The notes under the pieces were generated by a model. That model was not told where the DNA came from. It searched no databases and saw only the letters and a list, made by a program, of their open reading frames with translations. From Monocercomonoides exilis PA203 (lineage: Eukaryota > Protista > Preaxostyla): DNA of 64,000 nt. Shown here piece after piece: positions 14,001 through 23,935 of this stretch. How positions within the stretch are numbered: the stretch's first letter is position 1; each line of letters begins with the position of its first letter. The DNA is taken from contig LSRY02000004.1 of NCBI GenBank assembly GCA_001643675.2, positions 1,612,001 to 1,676,000 of the forward strand. The letters are read 5' to 3'. The translations under genes were made by a program, and so were the position numbers.

Positions 14001-17000
14001 CAAGAGTGGTTTGAGCACAGAAGGAGGGGGAATGAGAGTGGTGCTGAAGAGCGAAGAATCAGTGTTGAAAGTGAATGACAGCTCGTTTTCGATGTGCAAG
14101 TGCCCAGCTGAAACAGGGTGTGGAGGAGGGCTGTTTATTGACGGATATGACCCGAATGCTAATTATAGTGATGAAAGTCAGATTCCACCTCTGAAATTGA
14201 AGATTGTGAACATCCTGTTTAATTTTAACGAGGCATGTGTGGGGAAAGACACGTATATCAGATGCTTCTCGATCCCCCATCAGATCAACGAATCTCTTTT
14301 TGCTTTGAATTACAACCAGGAGTCATTGAACTCGAACAACTCGATTTGTGGAAGTGATGCAATGAATGAGATTGATGTTGATCTGATTCCGCTGATCACA
14401 TTCTATTATTCGGCACAGGTGTTTGTGAATGGAAGAGGGAGTGACAGCAGGCAGTGTGGAGCTCAGAGCAACCCATGCAGCAGCATCAACTGTGGGGTTG
14501 ATCACATCCAGGAAGGGGTGATGAATGCGATTCTGATTGATGGAGAAGGGTTTGTGAGGAAGGAGTGTGTGATTGGAGATCTGGTTGTGAGTTCATACAA
14601 AAAGGCACAGGCAATTGTGAGATTGAAATGCCAGATTGAGAAATCGTTTGATAATGATTGCATCCTGGAGTTTGTGAATGAATGTTCAGTGGAAAGGTGC
14701 TCATTCCAATTTGAAGATGGATTTGAATCATCTCACAGCTGCATCATTAATGTGAAGAATGGAACAATCGAGATGAGAAATTGTGTGTTCTTCTCTTCAG
14801 CAACAACGATTGAGATGAAGCTGAACGGTTCAATTGTGAGTGTGGAAAATGGAGAGCTGAAGATATTTGATTCATCATTCAGAGATATTCATTCAATATC
14901 AGCAGTTCTTTCATTCCATGAAGAACAGAATGTGATTATTGACGAAACAAATATTTTGAATATCGAATGTGAGGGAAATGTTGTGAGTGTTGGAGGGAAA
15001 GCGAAAGTGGAGATGAAAGAGATGGAAGTTGAGAATGTGACTCTGTTGTTGAATGGGTGTGTGATAGGGATGGATGATGCTGAGCAAGAGATGAGTGTGC
15101 TGAACAGCTCATTTGGAAAATGTGTGAATTCGGTGGACAAAGGAAGCATGATGCAGATTAAGAATTCCAAGAATGTGAGGGTTGAGATATGTGTGTTTGA
15201 TGGAGAAAAAGAAGAGATAGTCAATGAAGAAGTTGAAAGAAAAAAAGAAGAATTATGCAAATGGAATGGCTCGTTGGTTGATGTTGAAAACAGCAAAGTG
15301 GAGATGAGGGAAACAACGATTATGAAGAGCGAGGGAGGTGGGTTGAGGGTGAGTGGAGGAAGTGTGAAGATTGAGAAGGGAGAATTTGAGAACAACAACC
15401 CATTGATTGAAGAATATCTGTCAGCAAGAAGGAATGTGATCTGCACAGGGAATGGGGAGTTGAATGTTGTGAGCTTGAAAGGGGGTGATGGGGTAAAAGA
15501 CAATTCTTCACTTTGGATTCTGAACGATGGATGTGATTTGAGAGGGATAGCAGGAGAAAGAGCATCACCATTCTTCATTCCAGTTCTGGACAAGGTGTCT
15601 GTGAAAGAAAAGGGCAGCGATGTTGTTTTGAAATTCGAGGGATCTCTTTTTGTGCCTTGTGACTTGTCATTCAGGGTTGCGTGCAAAACAGGGGATGTGG
15701 AGTTGGTTGAGACATACCCTTTTGAAGAAGATGGTTTTGTATCGGAAACGGAAGTGATTGGGGTGATTCCATCAGAAAATATTTCAACGATTGGAGATGA
15801 AACAGAGGTGTTTGTGATGATATTGTTTGGAAAACAAAGGGTTGCGACTTCACCACAGATTCTGAAGAACAAAACCGAATCAAAGACTCTGAATGATAAA
15901 GTTGTTGAAGGAAGAAATGAAGGAAAATCATCTTGGGCTGCTATTATTGCGATTATATTCGTTGTTTTGTTTTTGATTGTTCTAATCGCCCTTGTGATAT
16001 TCATTGTTAGATGGAAAAAGCAAAAGAGACGAACAGAAGAATTGGAGGTGATTGTGGAAGACACAGTGAAAAAGGACCCGAAGGCATTTGAGATGGTGAC
16101 GATGGAGATGTCACCAGAGGAGCAGTGGAGAAGAGCTGAGAGGGAAGCAGAGAAGAAGAATGAAGAGAGGATAAAGAAGAGGGTGTATGAGAAAAGCTTG
16201 GGACACTCTGAGTCATCTGAGCATCTTCTGTCTGAGAGTGGCTCGACAGAATATATTTTGGGGAGAGATTCAGACAAGATTCCTGATTGGGCATTGGAGA
16301 AAGTGGAAGAGGAAGAGGAAACAAGAAAGAGATCACCATCACCATCCATTTCATCCACTTCAACCACAGACACTTCAGACACAGAATCCACATTTGTTCG
16401 GAGAGAGGATCTGTGCCCAACCACCTCGTCGATGTCGAATCTGGTGGATGCCATGGAATGTTCGTCTCCACACGAGAAGCTGATTCTTGATCTGCGAGAC
16501 TCGTTCTTCATGCTGATGCATGGGAGGAACAAGACGAAGGAGATGGCAATTGGGAGTGTGGAGGAGCGGGAGGTGACAGGAGCACAGGTGCTGTTCTGGG
16601 TGGCGAATCTTGCTCTGCACTCGTTCGATGAGATGAGCAATCCTCTTTCTTCACTTGTAAATTTGAGTCCTCACATTGTGCTATTCTCGGAGCACATGGA
16701 CATTGCCATTGCGCTCCACTCAGACTGCTCCTCTTCGTCAGAGGATTCAGACTCATCGTCGATCTCTTCGCTGACCATTGTTTCGTCTTCCTCATCGAAT
16801 GTTTCGGTGATGAGCGAGAGGTTTACCGACTCGCCACCGCCGTCGTCAGCGTTTGAGGATTGTGAAGACAACCGGGATGAGTGCAAGCGGTGGAAGGCGC
16901 CGGAGCTGCTGATGAACAGGAAGATGTGTGCGACAAAGCAGTCAGTTGCGTTCTCGATTGGGATGATGCTGTGGGAGTGCCTGACGCTGGAGATCCCGTT

Positions 17001-17358
17001 TGGGGAGTACGAGGCGGGGATAGCAGGAGACAAGATTGTGAAGGGAGAGCGTCCTCGGCTGGATGTGGTGGAAAACACAACATATGGGAAGCTGATTGGT
17101 GTGTGCCTTTCGCCTGGGTGGGAGGGGAGGCCGATGCTGAGCGAGCTGAAAAAGGAGTTTTTTGCGCATTTCCCGGCAGAGGCGAAGATGCTCACAGTGT
17201 CAGATGCGATAGATGTGGAAGAAGAGGAAGGTGGGAGAAATGAACACAGTGGGGAAGAGGGAAGCAGCATGGTTGATGATGGGGGCAATGGCAACGATGT
17301 TGGGAATGGTGATGAAGAGGGAGATGCAAAAACAACAAGGCAGTTATTGCTGCGATGA
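8095..17358 (+). CDS. Giant single-pass receptor-like protein A (~3090 aa): beta-helix (pectin-lyase/Pmp-like) ectodomain, TM, TKL-like pseudokinase
   Basis: Uninterrupted ORF (the track starts it at 8035; ATG 8095 gives signal-like MLFAAIALIGLECKILC). It has GGAI/GGGM and FxxC motifs, five G-D-x-CG-x4-5-PC modules, TM WAAIIAIIFVVLFLIVLIALVIFIV followed by RWKKQK, and kinase C-lobe motifs RWKAPE, FSIGMMLWE, PF, GERP and RP. Confidence 0.9.
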   Translation: MLFAAIALIGLECKILCQEYFNATERESVGAINNIESEKLIPAHGNDPPGERSRSEISGNIRGELPSSFQNKNMKGNWAIDGKEFKIEERTEGGEHECKNDCNMKVQRQIMDEKTGIRKESHSKERVCLMKGYFNLKNASVGWRGLELESVKGKTTIFGTEGSRAALKGCMVVMSCCTALFEMHGGCAFLENITLQTSSPFLSEVSPLFSSKGTANKASDKSLLCVRFSCFSSFQISSPPFLASRLVECASLADLIFFNISASPLKCAPPATSLCETTCLMSSCSFSSVCDVYDGGIVYSLNNPLASLTASNTSFVGCCRTRNVNINGTAEAPLKLGRQSVTDDGANSFIWCEWNGSRTTGESDSWTDGMSSGGAICMYNVGNGGLSVSYCSFNNCVAYAYGGGIMCCSISSICIEDNVFNACLAQNIYGGGMFASRILTCARISGCEFQNCKANSQGGGLYLDRFQVSGTNCIGTENGEGESACVFDCSFNSCSLSDSYGGGMYCTNIPAAFKIKNIRFLFCSAVSHGGGLRLYTDKTTMPIDLHYCYFLFFHECICSANPPYGHDIAYADYHKHFLDSGNPFFECYSTNIDDRRMFYEHYDGTNWIHKHAEKSDWLKDKMIYVSVNGNDNLEQCGANSTIPCKTVKKAFEMSEIQISLTITLMEGNHTSETTTVEIGTKKISVIGSGKDKSSIGTGALLSTGALFSVSTGHIGLLHMKVDCNSNASPSSPSVVAVSDGSGSLSLEDVVITTSKTGEYMMSSSVFVVPLSQLLMADAEIKDMNVSKSLLSEPVLSPSSLSSSALYLTASASGDSVLANVKVRNVRLTEGDGVVVAKNVKAGETFVVKNVTIEDCECMNGSGGGIKVELLSPSSKLRVESSTTIKRCTSGKYGGGMMLCLADGSHDFSVVSVDFSGCIATSGGHFLFVNGSNSASWGISSSTLNVQHNESKYDELVGYDRSDSTMGMFPLNVFLDRYPDAAHVGKVKENGLGGYNTWFCGFDYYPCATITHTAQARYSGTNKNIELDSGFELVEEVAMTDEYEWEIFCGTKGMEVGVKASENFESSCLIEVLSKCSIRNIKFCIPSALSGASSLISTNSTLFTLVDCSVICSSEESIGYCFVKVIGGKLRMEQFEIRETLTFEGHSLIEFVEGVESVVFCGCDVNNVENKNGKGGWMNGVVGAERGDGRNGIIVIDGCLIKECRCCGGGGGGMFVSVKGEGSIVVNGSCVIDGCEAKSSEGSERKSEGKGGGMMIVMESRDGSLRIESGVEFSVETANRAKYGKDVFVHCGSGVLLETKINATSFSFFESNIIPSDVLKLCGSENGDESGVIPLFVYLSSIELKLTVDGRGDISSDHSHCGFEEFGCVTIDYCVNHRTNSSLHEVEVASESWIKSEMKVVSFDVSVSGKEEGTKVVVRDEGSINQNHLIECTKSFEMSNLAFVLSEEMNGRRSAFIHSSLSSTITFISCSVSFANDELIGYNVINIEGGELIVNGFVMEGGVTMNGKSPIVVTNGVKLEIVSSQMSDVEVKGVDGGCLNVEMADNGIVKLEECNLSSVCSGGSGMKGGGMKISVGKGGMLEMKNVKLSGCVVPSEESEEGGRGIGGGMFVKLPEEMGSFVMEGMEFEGCDGWKGKKVFVSGWNLSEIVKKEHLKWEIKEEELGWLDELCGWERKTTGEEGYVIPLVVYLWRNWSGDGFVDGEGGGDFSGCGFCEAPCSSIDHLISLRYPTLGEGEIHISIVGSGLLRSSISFSFSSSSSPASPDSELPKVVIEGTKKGTAVTISDEDENDLNESMISSNVSLSFVNASFTKPNTTTQHEIFIDSSGANSCLSVADCSFGSLRGITETAGYCLMRVNGGSVVIERCSLSLISELKGLIAFRPSAAEVTVQNVNISFADVKERSLISMMEEENQMNGKENTHSNGNKPILRIAGCSFTNITNERNGASAVDVGSFEDGVECVMDECSMTSCKSGLSTEGGGMRVVLKSEESVLKVNDSSFSMCKCPAETGCGGGLFIDGYDPNANYSDESQIPPLKLKIVNILFNFNEACVGKDTYIRCFSIPHQINESLFALNYNQESLNSNNSICGSDAMNEIDVDLIPLITFYYSAQVFVNGRGSDSRQCGAQSNPCSSINCGVDHIQEGVMNAILIDGEGFVRKECVIGDLVVSSYKKAQAIVRLKCQIEKSFDNDCILEFVNECSVERCSFQFEDGFESSHSCIINVKNGTIEMRNCVFFSSATTIEMKLNGSIVSVENGELKIFDSSFRDIHSISAVLSFHEEQNVIIDETNILNIECEGNVVSVGGKAKVEMKEMEVENVTLLLNGCVIGMDDAEQEMSVLNSSFGKCVNSVDKGSMMQIKNSKNVRVEICVFDGEKEEIVNEEVERKKEELCKWNGSLVDVENSKVEMRETTIMKSEGGGLRVSGGSVKIEKGEFENNNPLIEEYLSARRNVICTGNGELNVVSLKGGDGVKDNSSLWILNDGCDLRGIAGERASPFFIPVLDKVSVKEKGSDVVLKFEGSLFVPCDLSFRVACKTGDVELVETYPFEEDGFVSETEVIGVIPSENISTIGDETEVFVMILFGKQRVATSPQILKNKTESKTLNDKVVEGRNEGKSSWAAIIAIIFVVLFLIVLIALVIFIVRWKKQKRRTEELEVIVEDTVKKDPKAFEMVTMEMSPEEQWRRAEREAEKKNEERIKKRVYEKSLGHSESSEHLLSESGSTEYILGRDSDKIPDWALEKVEEEEETRKRSPSPSISSTSTTDTSDTESTFVRREDLCPTTSSMSNLVDAMECSSPHEKLILDLRDSFFMLMHGRNKTKEMAIGSVEEREVTGAQVLFWVANLALHSFDEMSNPLSSLVNLSPHIVLFSEHMDIAIALHSDCSSSSEDSDSSSISSLTIVSSSSSNVSVMSERFTDSPPPSSAFEDCEDNRDECKRWKAPELLMNRKMCATKQSVAFSIGMMLWECLTLEIPFGEYEAGIAGDKIVKGERPRLDVVENTTYGKLIGVCLSPGWEGRPMLSELKKEFFAHFPAEAKMLTVSDAIDVEEEEGGRNEHSGEEGSSMVDDGGNGNDVGNGDEEGDAKTTRQLLLR

Positions 17359-18893
17359 ATGAAAAAGAAAGCAAATTGATGCTTGTTTTGAAGAAAGCTG
17401 TTGTTTTTGATTTGTGAATGTTTTGTGATTTGTGTTGTGTTTGTTCATTGTTCTTTCTTTGTTGAGTTTGTGTTCTGGTGTTTTTGTTTGATGTGTATGT
17501 GTGAATGTGTGTATGTATTTCAGTATTGTATATGTATTGGTGTGCTATTTGAGCTATTTTCGAAAAGCATATGTTCATCAACTATGTTTCATGTGGTTTG
17601 GGTGTTGTCTGTATATGCTGTGCAAATAAGTGATGAAGGTGACAATCCTGCACCGTTGTGCGTGTTCATCGAGGAATCGAATCATCCAATTTTGCATATT
17701 TCTATCACTTTTTGTTGCTTTTTAAGTTTTGTGAATTATGCAATATCTTGCGATTTTTGTGTGATTTTTATTCTCAAGCGAGGATGAAATTTTTAAAATG
17801 AAGATGTTATTTTTAAGACTTTCGTGTCTTTCGAGTCTTTTATGTTGTGTGTGTGTGTGTGTGTGTGTGTGCAGATTTTTGTTTGCTTGGCTTGCATAAA
17901 GTTTGTGTGTATTTGAGTGAATGCTTTTTTTTTTGTTAAAGGTGGGAATCCTTCACCATTCGAGTGTTATTTTGGAGAATAGCAAGGTCTGCTATTGAAG
18001 GGCTATTCGCAAAATAAGATGCATATGTATTCAATTTCTGATGTGTTTTGTATCAAAACAATTGCGGTTCTTTTCAACCAATCGAGGATAATGGCATTCA
18101 TTGGCCCAGTTCAAATTGAATGAAAAAATACAAATCAGTATTTGTTTTGTGGAAAAAAAGTGATTCCTGCAAATAAAAGAAACATTCAGCTTCATATTTG
18201 GCAACCACAGTGCCAAAAAACTATTCGAATGTTACGATGTTTTATCATTTTTGGCATCATGGTTGATTTTTGAATTCATTCATTTTTTTTTTTTTGAAAG
18301 GATGGTATTTTATCACAAAAATCATTTTTGTCAAAAGGAGAATATCCTGGCACAACACGATCATTGCCCAATAAAAAAAAATATCTCAAAGTTGTGTCTC
18401 TTATCAATTGTGTTTGTTGACATGCAGGAGATGAAAGGAAAAAAGAAACTTATATTTCATTAAATGTCAGTTTTGGGCTTCACAGAGCTCAGTCAAAATT
18501 GATTATAATAACTTTGAATATTATCTGCATTGTTCATTGTCACATTTATTGTGTGAAAGAACATTTTTTAATTTTTTTCATTCATTTTCCATCGCTTATA
18601 ATCATAAGGACAAAAACATATGGAGCATAATATTTGACTTCAGGCATTTTCATTGAAAAATTATGTATCTCAGATGAATTTTTTGTGATCAAAAAATTTG
18701 AAAAAAAAATGGGTTTATTTTATTAAATACGTCTGAGGAAGCAAAACATAATGTTATTATATCAATGATGTTTGTTCACAGATATGAAAATCATATTTAT
18801 TTTGAAATTTGGCTAAGTTCAAAAATGTTGTATGTGAAACAGTTTTTTCATGCTTTGTGCATGAAAAGCTTGAAAGTCCGTATTTTACCCCAT
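15920..18893 (+). repeat. Left arm of ~3 kb near-identical inverted duplication (partner 33280-36273)
   Basis: The stretch from aaggaaaatcatcttgggctgc to aagtccgtattttaccccat is the reverse complement of 33280-36273, with scattered substitutions and small indels. Identical small ORFs occur in both (MALWLPNMKLNV... at 18031-18216 - and 33952-34137 +). Confidence 0.95.
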
Positions 18894-18900
18894 CAAAATA

Positions 18901-19297
18901 AGCATTCAACAGCTTGGAGTTCAGTTGTTATTGAAAACAAACATGGAATTCATTCCAACGATTAAGAAAAAGCCAAGAACAGGAATTTTTTTCGTGAAAC
19001 CACATTACAGATTTGTTTCAATAATAGTCATTGTGAACAAAAATTTCATTGAGCTTTGTGAATAGAAATAATTGAGCAGCTGACTTCTTTTGATCATTTG
19101 ACAGCTTTGTCCTGTGATCAAAAATCGATAAAAATCGGTATTTTACAAGGATTTTCACCGTTTTTTGGAAGGCCTTTGCTTTTAATAAATATAACTTGTC
19201 ATTTTATCAACATTGCAATTAAAGAAATTCTATAATGAAACAAATAAAATTTCTAATTTTGCTTTGATTTTGAAAAATTGATGTCATTAATAATCCT
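18901..19297 (+). repeat. Diverged non-coding repeat; inverted copy at 31830-32224
   Basis: Shared blocks such as agcattca.cagcttggagttc.gttgttattgaaaacaa, tttgtttcaataatagtcattgtgaacaaaaat, gttttttggaaggcctttgcttttaataaatat and attaataatcct occur reverse-complemented and in the same order at 32224-31830. Confidence 0.85.
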
Positions 19298-19970
19298 CGT
19301 TTCAAAACATCTGCGTCACCTAAAAAAAAGTTAGCTCGCTTCAATCAGTGGTCGGCACTGATGTGAGTGCAGTGGCATTTAACACAAAAATTTTTATCAC
19401 TACACAATTCATTGTTCATTTCAAAATTAAAAAAGTACAATAAAAAATAAATATGAAAATAAATAAAAATCCTTTTTATAAAAGAAGATGAATAACAATA
19501 ACATATCAATTTTTCTTTTCATTTCTTGTTTCAAATTGAAAAAAACAAATTATTTATATGAGTGAATCAAGTTTTTTTCTATCACGTCATATCACTCCAA
19601 AAATGTTCACGTCAGAAGGAATGAAATTCGGATGTTTCTCGCAACATTAAACAAATATCATGTTTATTCATTTAAAAGATAAAGAACTTTGAACGTTCAT
19701 TGATTACCATTCGACATATACGAATCAAAAAAATTATTATGGTTTCGAAAACTCAAAAAAATTGATTATCACCGAAAATAACTTAGTTTTTATGAAATAA
19801 GTTAATTTGCTTGAAACAACATTTATAAATTTTCTAAACATTTTATTTTGAACTATTTTTCTTTTTTCTTTTTCTTTCTTTCATTTTTTTTTCTTTTTGC
19901 AATTCAATAAATGAAAAACGAATGATAATTGTTTTAAATAAAATGCTTCAATAACAACTTTTAACTTCCA

Positions 19971-19971
<1 letters not shown>

Positions 19972-20025
<54 letters not shown>
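19972..20025 (+). repeat. Poly(A) tract, 54 nt
   Basis: Uninterrupted A run read directly from the sequence. Confidence 0.95.
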
Positions 20026-20026
<1 letters not shown>

Positions 20027-20436
20027 AGCTTTTCTAACAATTTAACTTTATCAAAGGCTTTCACACCTTAAGTGATAATTGTAATCAAAAAGGAAAATAA
20101 TAACAAATGGTGGATTCAAATTTTCAAAGTTTACTGAATTCGAGCTTAATAGTTGAGATTTGAGATAAAAAAAGAAGTTGCATTCACTCAAGTTTAAGCT
20201 ATGTTTAAAAAGAAATAAGATGTGTTTTAAAAATTTTTAAAAAACATTCTTTTATGAAAATTTGAAAAATAGATAAAAGATTTGAGAATAAATATATCTT
20301 GAAATCATACTCTCAGCTATGAATAATGCTAAAACAAAAGAAAAAAGATGAGAAAGAAATAGAAAGAGAAAGAATTAAAAACTTAAATAATTCCTCATTT
20401 AATACTCTATTCTTCTGAAATCGCTCATTTTTTTAT

Positions 20437-22434
20437 TTATGCGACATTGTCCAGATTCCATGTCATTGGGTTAGGTAGATGAGCTTTTCTCTCGTTTATC
20501 AGTGCTGTCCACACAAACACTCCACCATGCTCATACAGATCAGGCGCACTTGTCCACACAAACTGATTGTCGTCTCTCACACACTCACCCACAGGCAGTG
20601 CTCCATCTGCAGCCACTTTCGCCATCCAGCGCAGCCTCATCCCAACATTCTGCCTCTTCCCCATCGCAAGCTCTGCCCACGCAGTAAACATCGTCGTCAG
20701 CCCCCACGGATTCACCCGCCCGTACTTCGCTTCTCCCTGGTTCGGAGACCATTTTCCTTTCTCTGTGAAATACGCATCGTTCTCAAACCTCCCAATGCCC
20801 ATGTAGTCCTTTCTCTCTCTCGGCTCTTGTGTGTCTGGATCAACCAGCGCCTGGCTGAGCTTTTCAATGACAGCATTGTACTGTCCCTGTGCCACAGGGT
20901 GTCTGATAGACGGAATCTGCACCACAGAAGACGATGATGACGGGAAGCCCAGGCATCCTAGCCACACCAACGCCAATGTGGATGAATCAATCTTTGTTTC
21001 AGGCTTCACTTTTTCATCGGCTTTTCCTGGGCCAGATCCAACATTAGTGATGTAAAGCTGGCGGTAGATGAGTTCGTTTCCATTCTCGTCTTTGTAGATC
21101 AGGTTGTTGTGTATCGCTTGGTTCAGCTCCATTGCACGGCGACGCAATTTCTCTGCTCTTGCTGGGTTGTGCAGGAAATGTTGCTCCAACTACATAAAAG
21201 CAATTGATGTTTTGTAAAAAGCATTTTAAATATAAAAAATAAAATATTATTTCAAATAAAAGAATGTATTTAACAACAAAAAGAAATAAATAAGGATTAT
21301 TCATACAGGAATTGATTGTATTAAAATAAATATATTTATAATAATTCACACCTTTGAAGCGCTCATCAATCCAGCATATGCAAAGGCCTGTGTGAATGCA
21401 TAATATCCCACATTCACTCCATCGCCACTAATTGGATCGCTCGATTCCTCCCAAATAGAATAGTCTGGCAAAAACAAGTTTTTGTATCCTTTGTTTTCCA
21501 ACAAGAAATCTTCAATGTCAGTAATTCTTGTCTGTAGAATATGGATGTTATATCAATCAAAATAAAATAAAATAAAATAAAATAAATTTTGAAAGAAAGA
21601 AAGAAAGAAAGTTAAATGATCCAATGAAATTATAGAGTTAATAAATACTTTCATTTCATTGACATAATCTCTAGTTCTGCTGTCAAGGGACATGTGATAT
21701 GCACCCATCAAGAACATTCCCATGTTGTCTAGCTGAGGATCAACAAAGCCAAAGATTTCTCCTGTGAAACCGTTGTAGCATGTGGAAAAGTATCCTTTTC
21801 CTTTCATGCCTGTTAATTTTTAACAAGAAGATTATAAAATAGCATATAAAACAGCAAACACAAAATAAATATGAATGGTTAAGAACATTCAACACATACA
21901 AAGAATAATTGTAATGATAAAAAAGTGACAATCCAAAAATTATAGCAATTTTTACTGTATTTTTTTTTAAAATTATCATTCAACAATCTTTGAATCATTT
22001 GTCACACCGTCTTTCTTCACAAGATCGCATTTAGCCATCCATCTGAAATATTTGCTTCCTTCTTCAACGAATCCTGCCTCAGAAAGAACCAAAGCAGCAA
22101 AGAAGCCATCGCGTGTCCATGTTTTATAATCGTAGTTTTCGTGCATTGATGCCATGATTGTTCCAACCTTTTAAAGGAAGAAAAAAGAATTTTCAAAAAA
22201 AATAAAAAATCACAAAAAATTTATGAAATTAACAAACGGTTGGATTTTGCCCATTCTTTAAGAGAAGCAATGAGTTAATGTACAAATCCATTTCCTTCTG
22301 ATTCAGTGTTGCTGGCATCTTGGCTCTGCTAAGCCAAGATGAGTATTGCTTCTTAGTTCGCTGGTAAACTGAATCTGTCGTAGATGATTGAGCAAGCTCC
22401 AATGCCTTCACCATTTGTGCGTTTGTTGTCTATT

Positions 22435-22466
<32 letters not shown>

Positions 22467-23676
22467 AAATATTATCAGTTTAAATTTACAAATGGACGCA
22501 TTCACAGTTGGAATAAGAATATAACACAATTTATAAAATAGGAAAAATGTCAATAGGTTTTAAAAAATGAAGAAAATCAAACTCTGTAGCATCGATAGAC
22601 TGTAATTTTTGCTTCAGAATTTGGTGGAATATTGAATTTCCATGATATTCCAACTTGTTGCACGTTAGCTGTGCAATGCCCTTCATTCTTAAGCTTTCCG
22701 TTATTTGCAATGAATTGCTTCAAAACGTTCTTATCATCAACAGCTTTATCACCCACGCTGTATGTTGGTTCAGTAAATTCTGCGTAATCAGCCATTTTTC
22801 CCAGTACTCCTGCGCAAAACAGTGCATCATTGTTTGTCGTGAATTTTGTCGAGCTATGAATATCTTGTGCAGTGCTTGTCATATCGGTTCTAAAATAAAG
22901 AAAAGAAAAAAGCAAATAAAGAGAAATAAAAAGATGTTTCATGGTTTTCAAAATTTTTCTCAAAAGTTGACTAATTTTCATACACAGGATTTGTTTTATC
23001 ATCAAGAGGATTTAACTCAACATAAGATAAAAATGATCCTTCAACAGCATCTGTTTCAGAAGGATTTGACAATTTGTATGTTACTGTATAGAAAGGGCAA
23101 TATGGAGGCATTTGATAATCAACTTTCAAAGTCAATGGCATTGTCTCCTCATTGTAAGAATACACTTCGGTCTCGAGAACACCTTTATGTCCAAATGATG
23201 GAGATGCTTCAAATAATTTTGGATCAGCTCCATAGCATGCTCCTCCAATCAAAAAAGCAAATGAGTCGCCTTTAATTGCAGAATGATCATATGACTGCCA
23301 AATTAAAAAATAAATTGATAAATTCAAAGGAAAATCAGAAATTATCATAAAAAGAGTTTCAAACTGGAGCAATGTTATATATAAACGGTCCGACAGCATT
23401 AGTAGGTCCTTTCTAAAAAAATAAAAAATATAAAGCAATAATGTAAATCAAATTATAGAGTGCATAACTGTTAATGCTTGGCGATTTTGTCTCCAACATA
23501 AAAGAGAGTCTGCCCAGTTAGACAATTGCAATCTACAAATTAGTATCAATAAAATAACATTCGTTAATGATGATAGTACAAAACACAAACGATGGCATGG
23601 CTTTGTCTCTGTGCTCCACGTGCTCTGAAAATAAAAAGCACAGTACGAAAGAAGCCGTAAAAAGTGTTACGCTCAT
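20437..23676 (-). CDS. Glycoside hydrolase family 15 (glucoamylase/glucodextranase-like), probably secreted, about 10 exons
   Basis: Spliced exons give GTIMAS..NYDYKTWTRDGFF (GH15 WxRD), DPQLDNMG, DYSIWEES (catalytic-acid WEE) and LPVGECV..TSAPDL (catalytic-base region). Hydrophobic N-terminus MSVTLFTASFVLCFLFS at ATG 23676; last exon 21189-20437. Internal exon borders are approximate. Confidence 0.8.
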
Positions 23677-23935
23677 TTTTCAACAAAAAGATAAAAATTG
23701 ATCTTTCCCATTTGTTGGTTATTGATTGTTAATTATAACAACATCTATTAATCATCAAATAAATTAAGATTGAAAAAGAAGTAAATTCATTTTCATTGAA
23801 TTTATTTGTTCAAAAGATTATAAAAGGAATAATTTTCAAAAAATGAAAATAAATGTTTTGTGAAAGCTCAAAAATATAGCAAAAACAAGAAAAATAAATA
23901 AATAAATAAATAAGAATAGAGAAAGTTGAATTGAT

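Noticed and set aside
14889-16640. 583-aa antisense ORF (also 34899-36824, 641 aa, and many smaller antisense ORFs)
   Set aside because: These are shadow frames of the receptor genes caused by codon bias. The translations are Ser/Phe/Pro-rich with no domain features.
17401-18965. Small ORFs duplicated in both repeat arms (e.g. MALWLPNMK..., MFLICECF...)
   Set aside because: Their identity reflects the recent duplication. Indels between copies change frames and the composition is non-coding.
19344-19362. Hairpin atcagtg-gtcgg-cactgat as a possible Helitron 3' end
   Set aside because: The stem is only 7 bp. The nearby minus-strand CTAA is not followed by T, and no matching 5' end or second copy is seen.
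19972-20025. Poly(A) as a retroposon tail
   Set aside because: No TSD or recognisable SINE/LINE body was found upstream.
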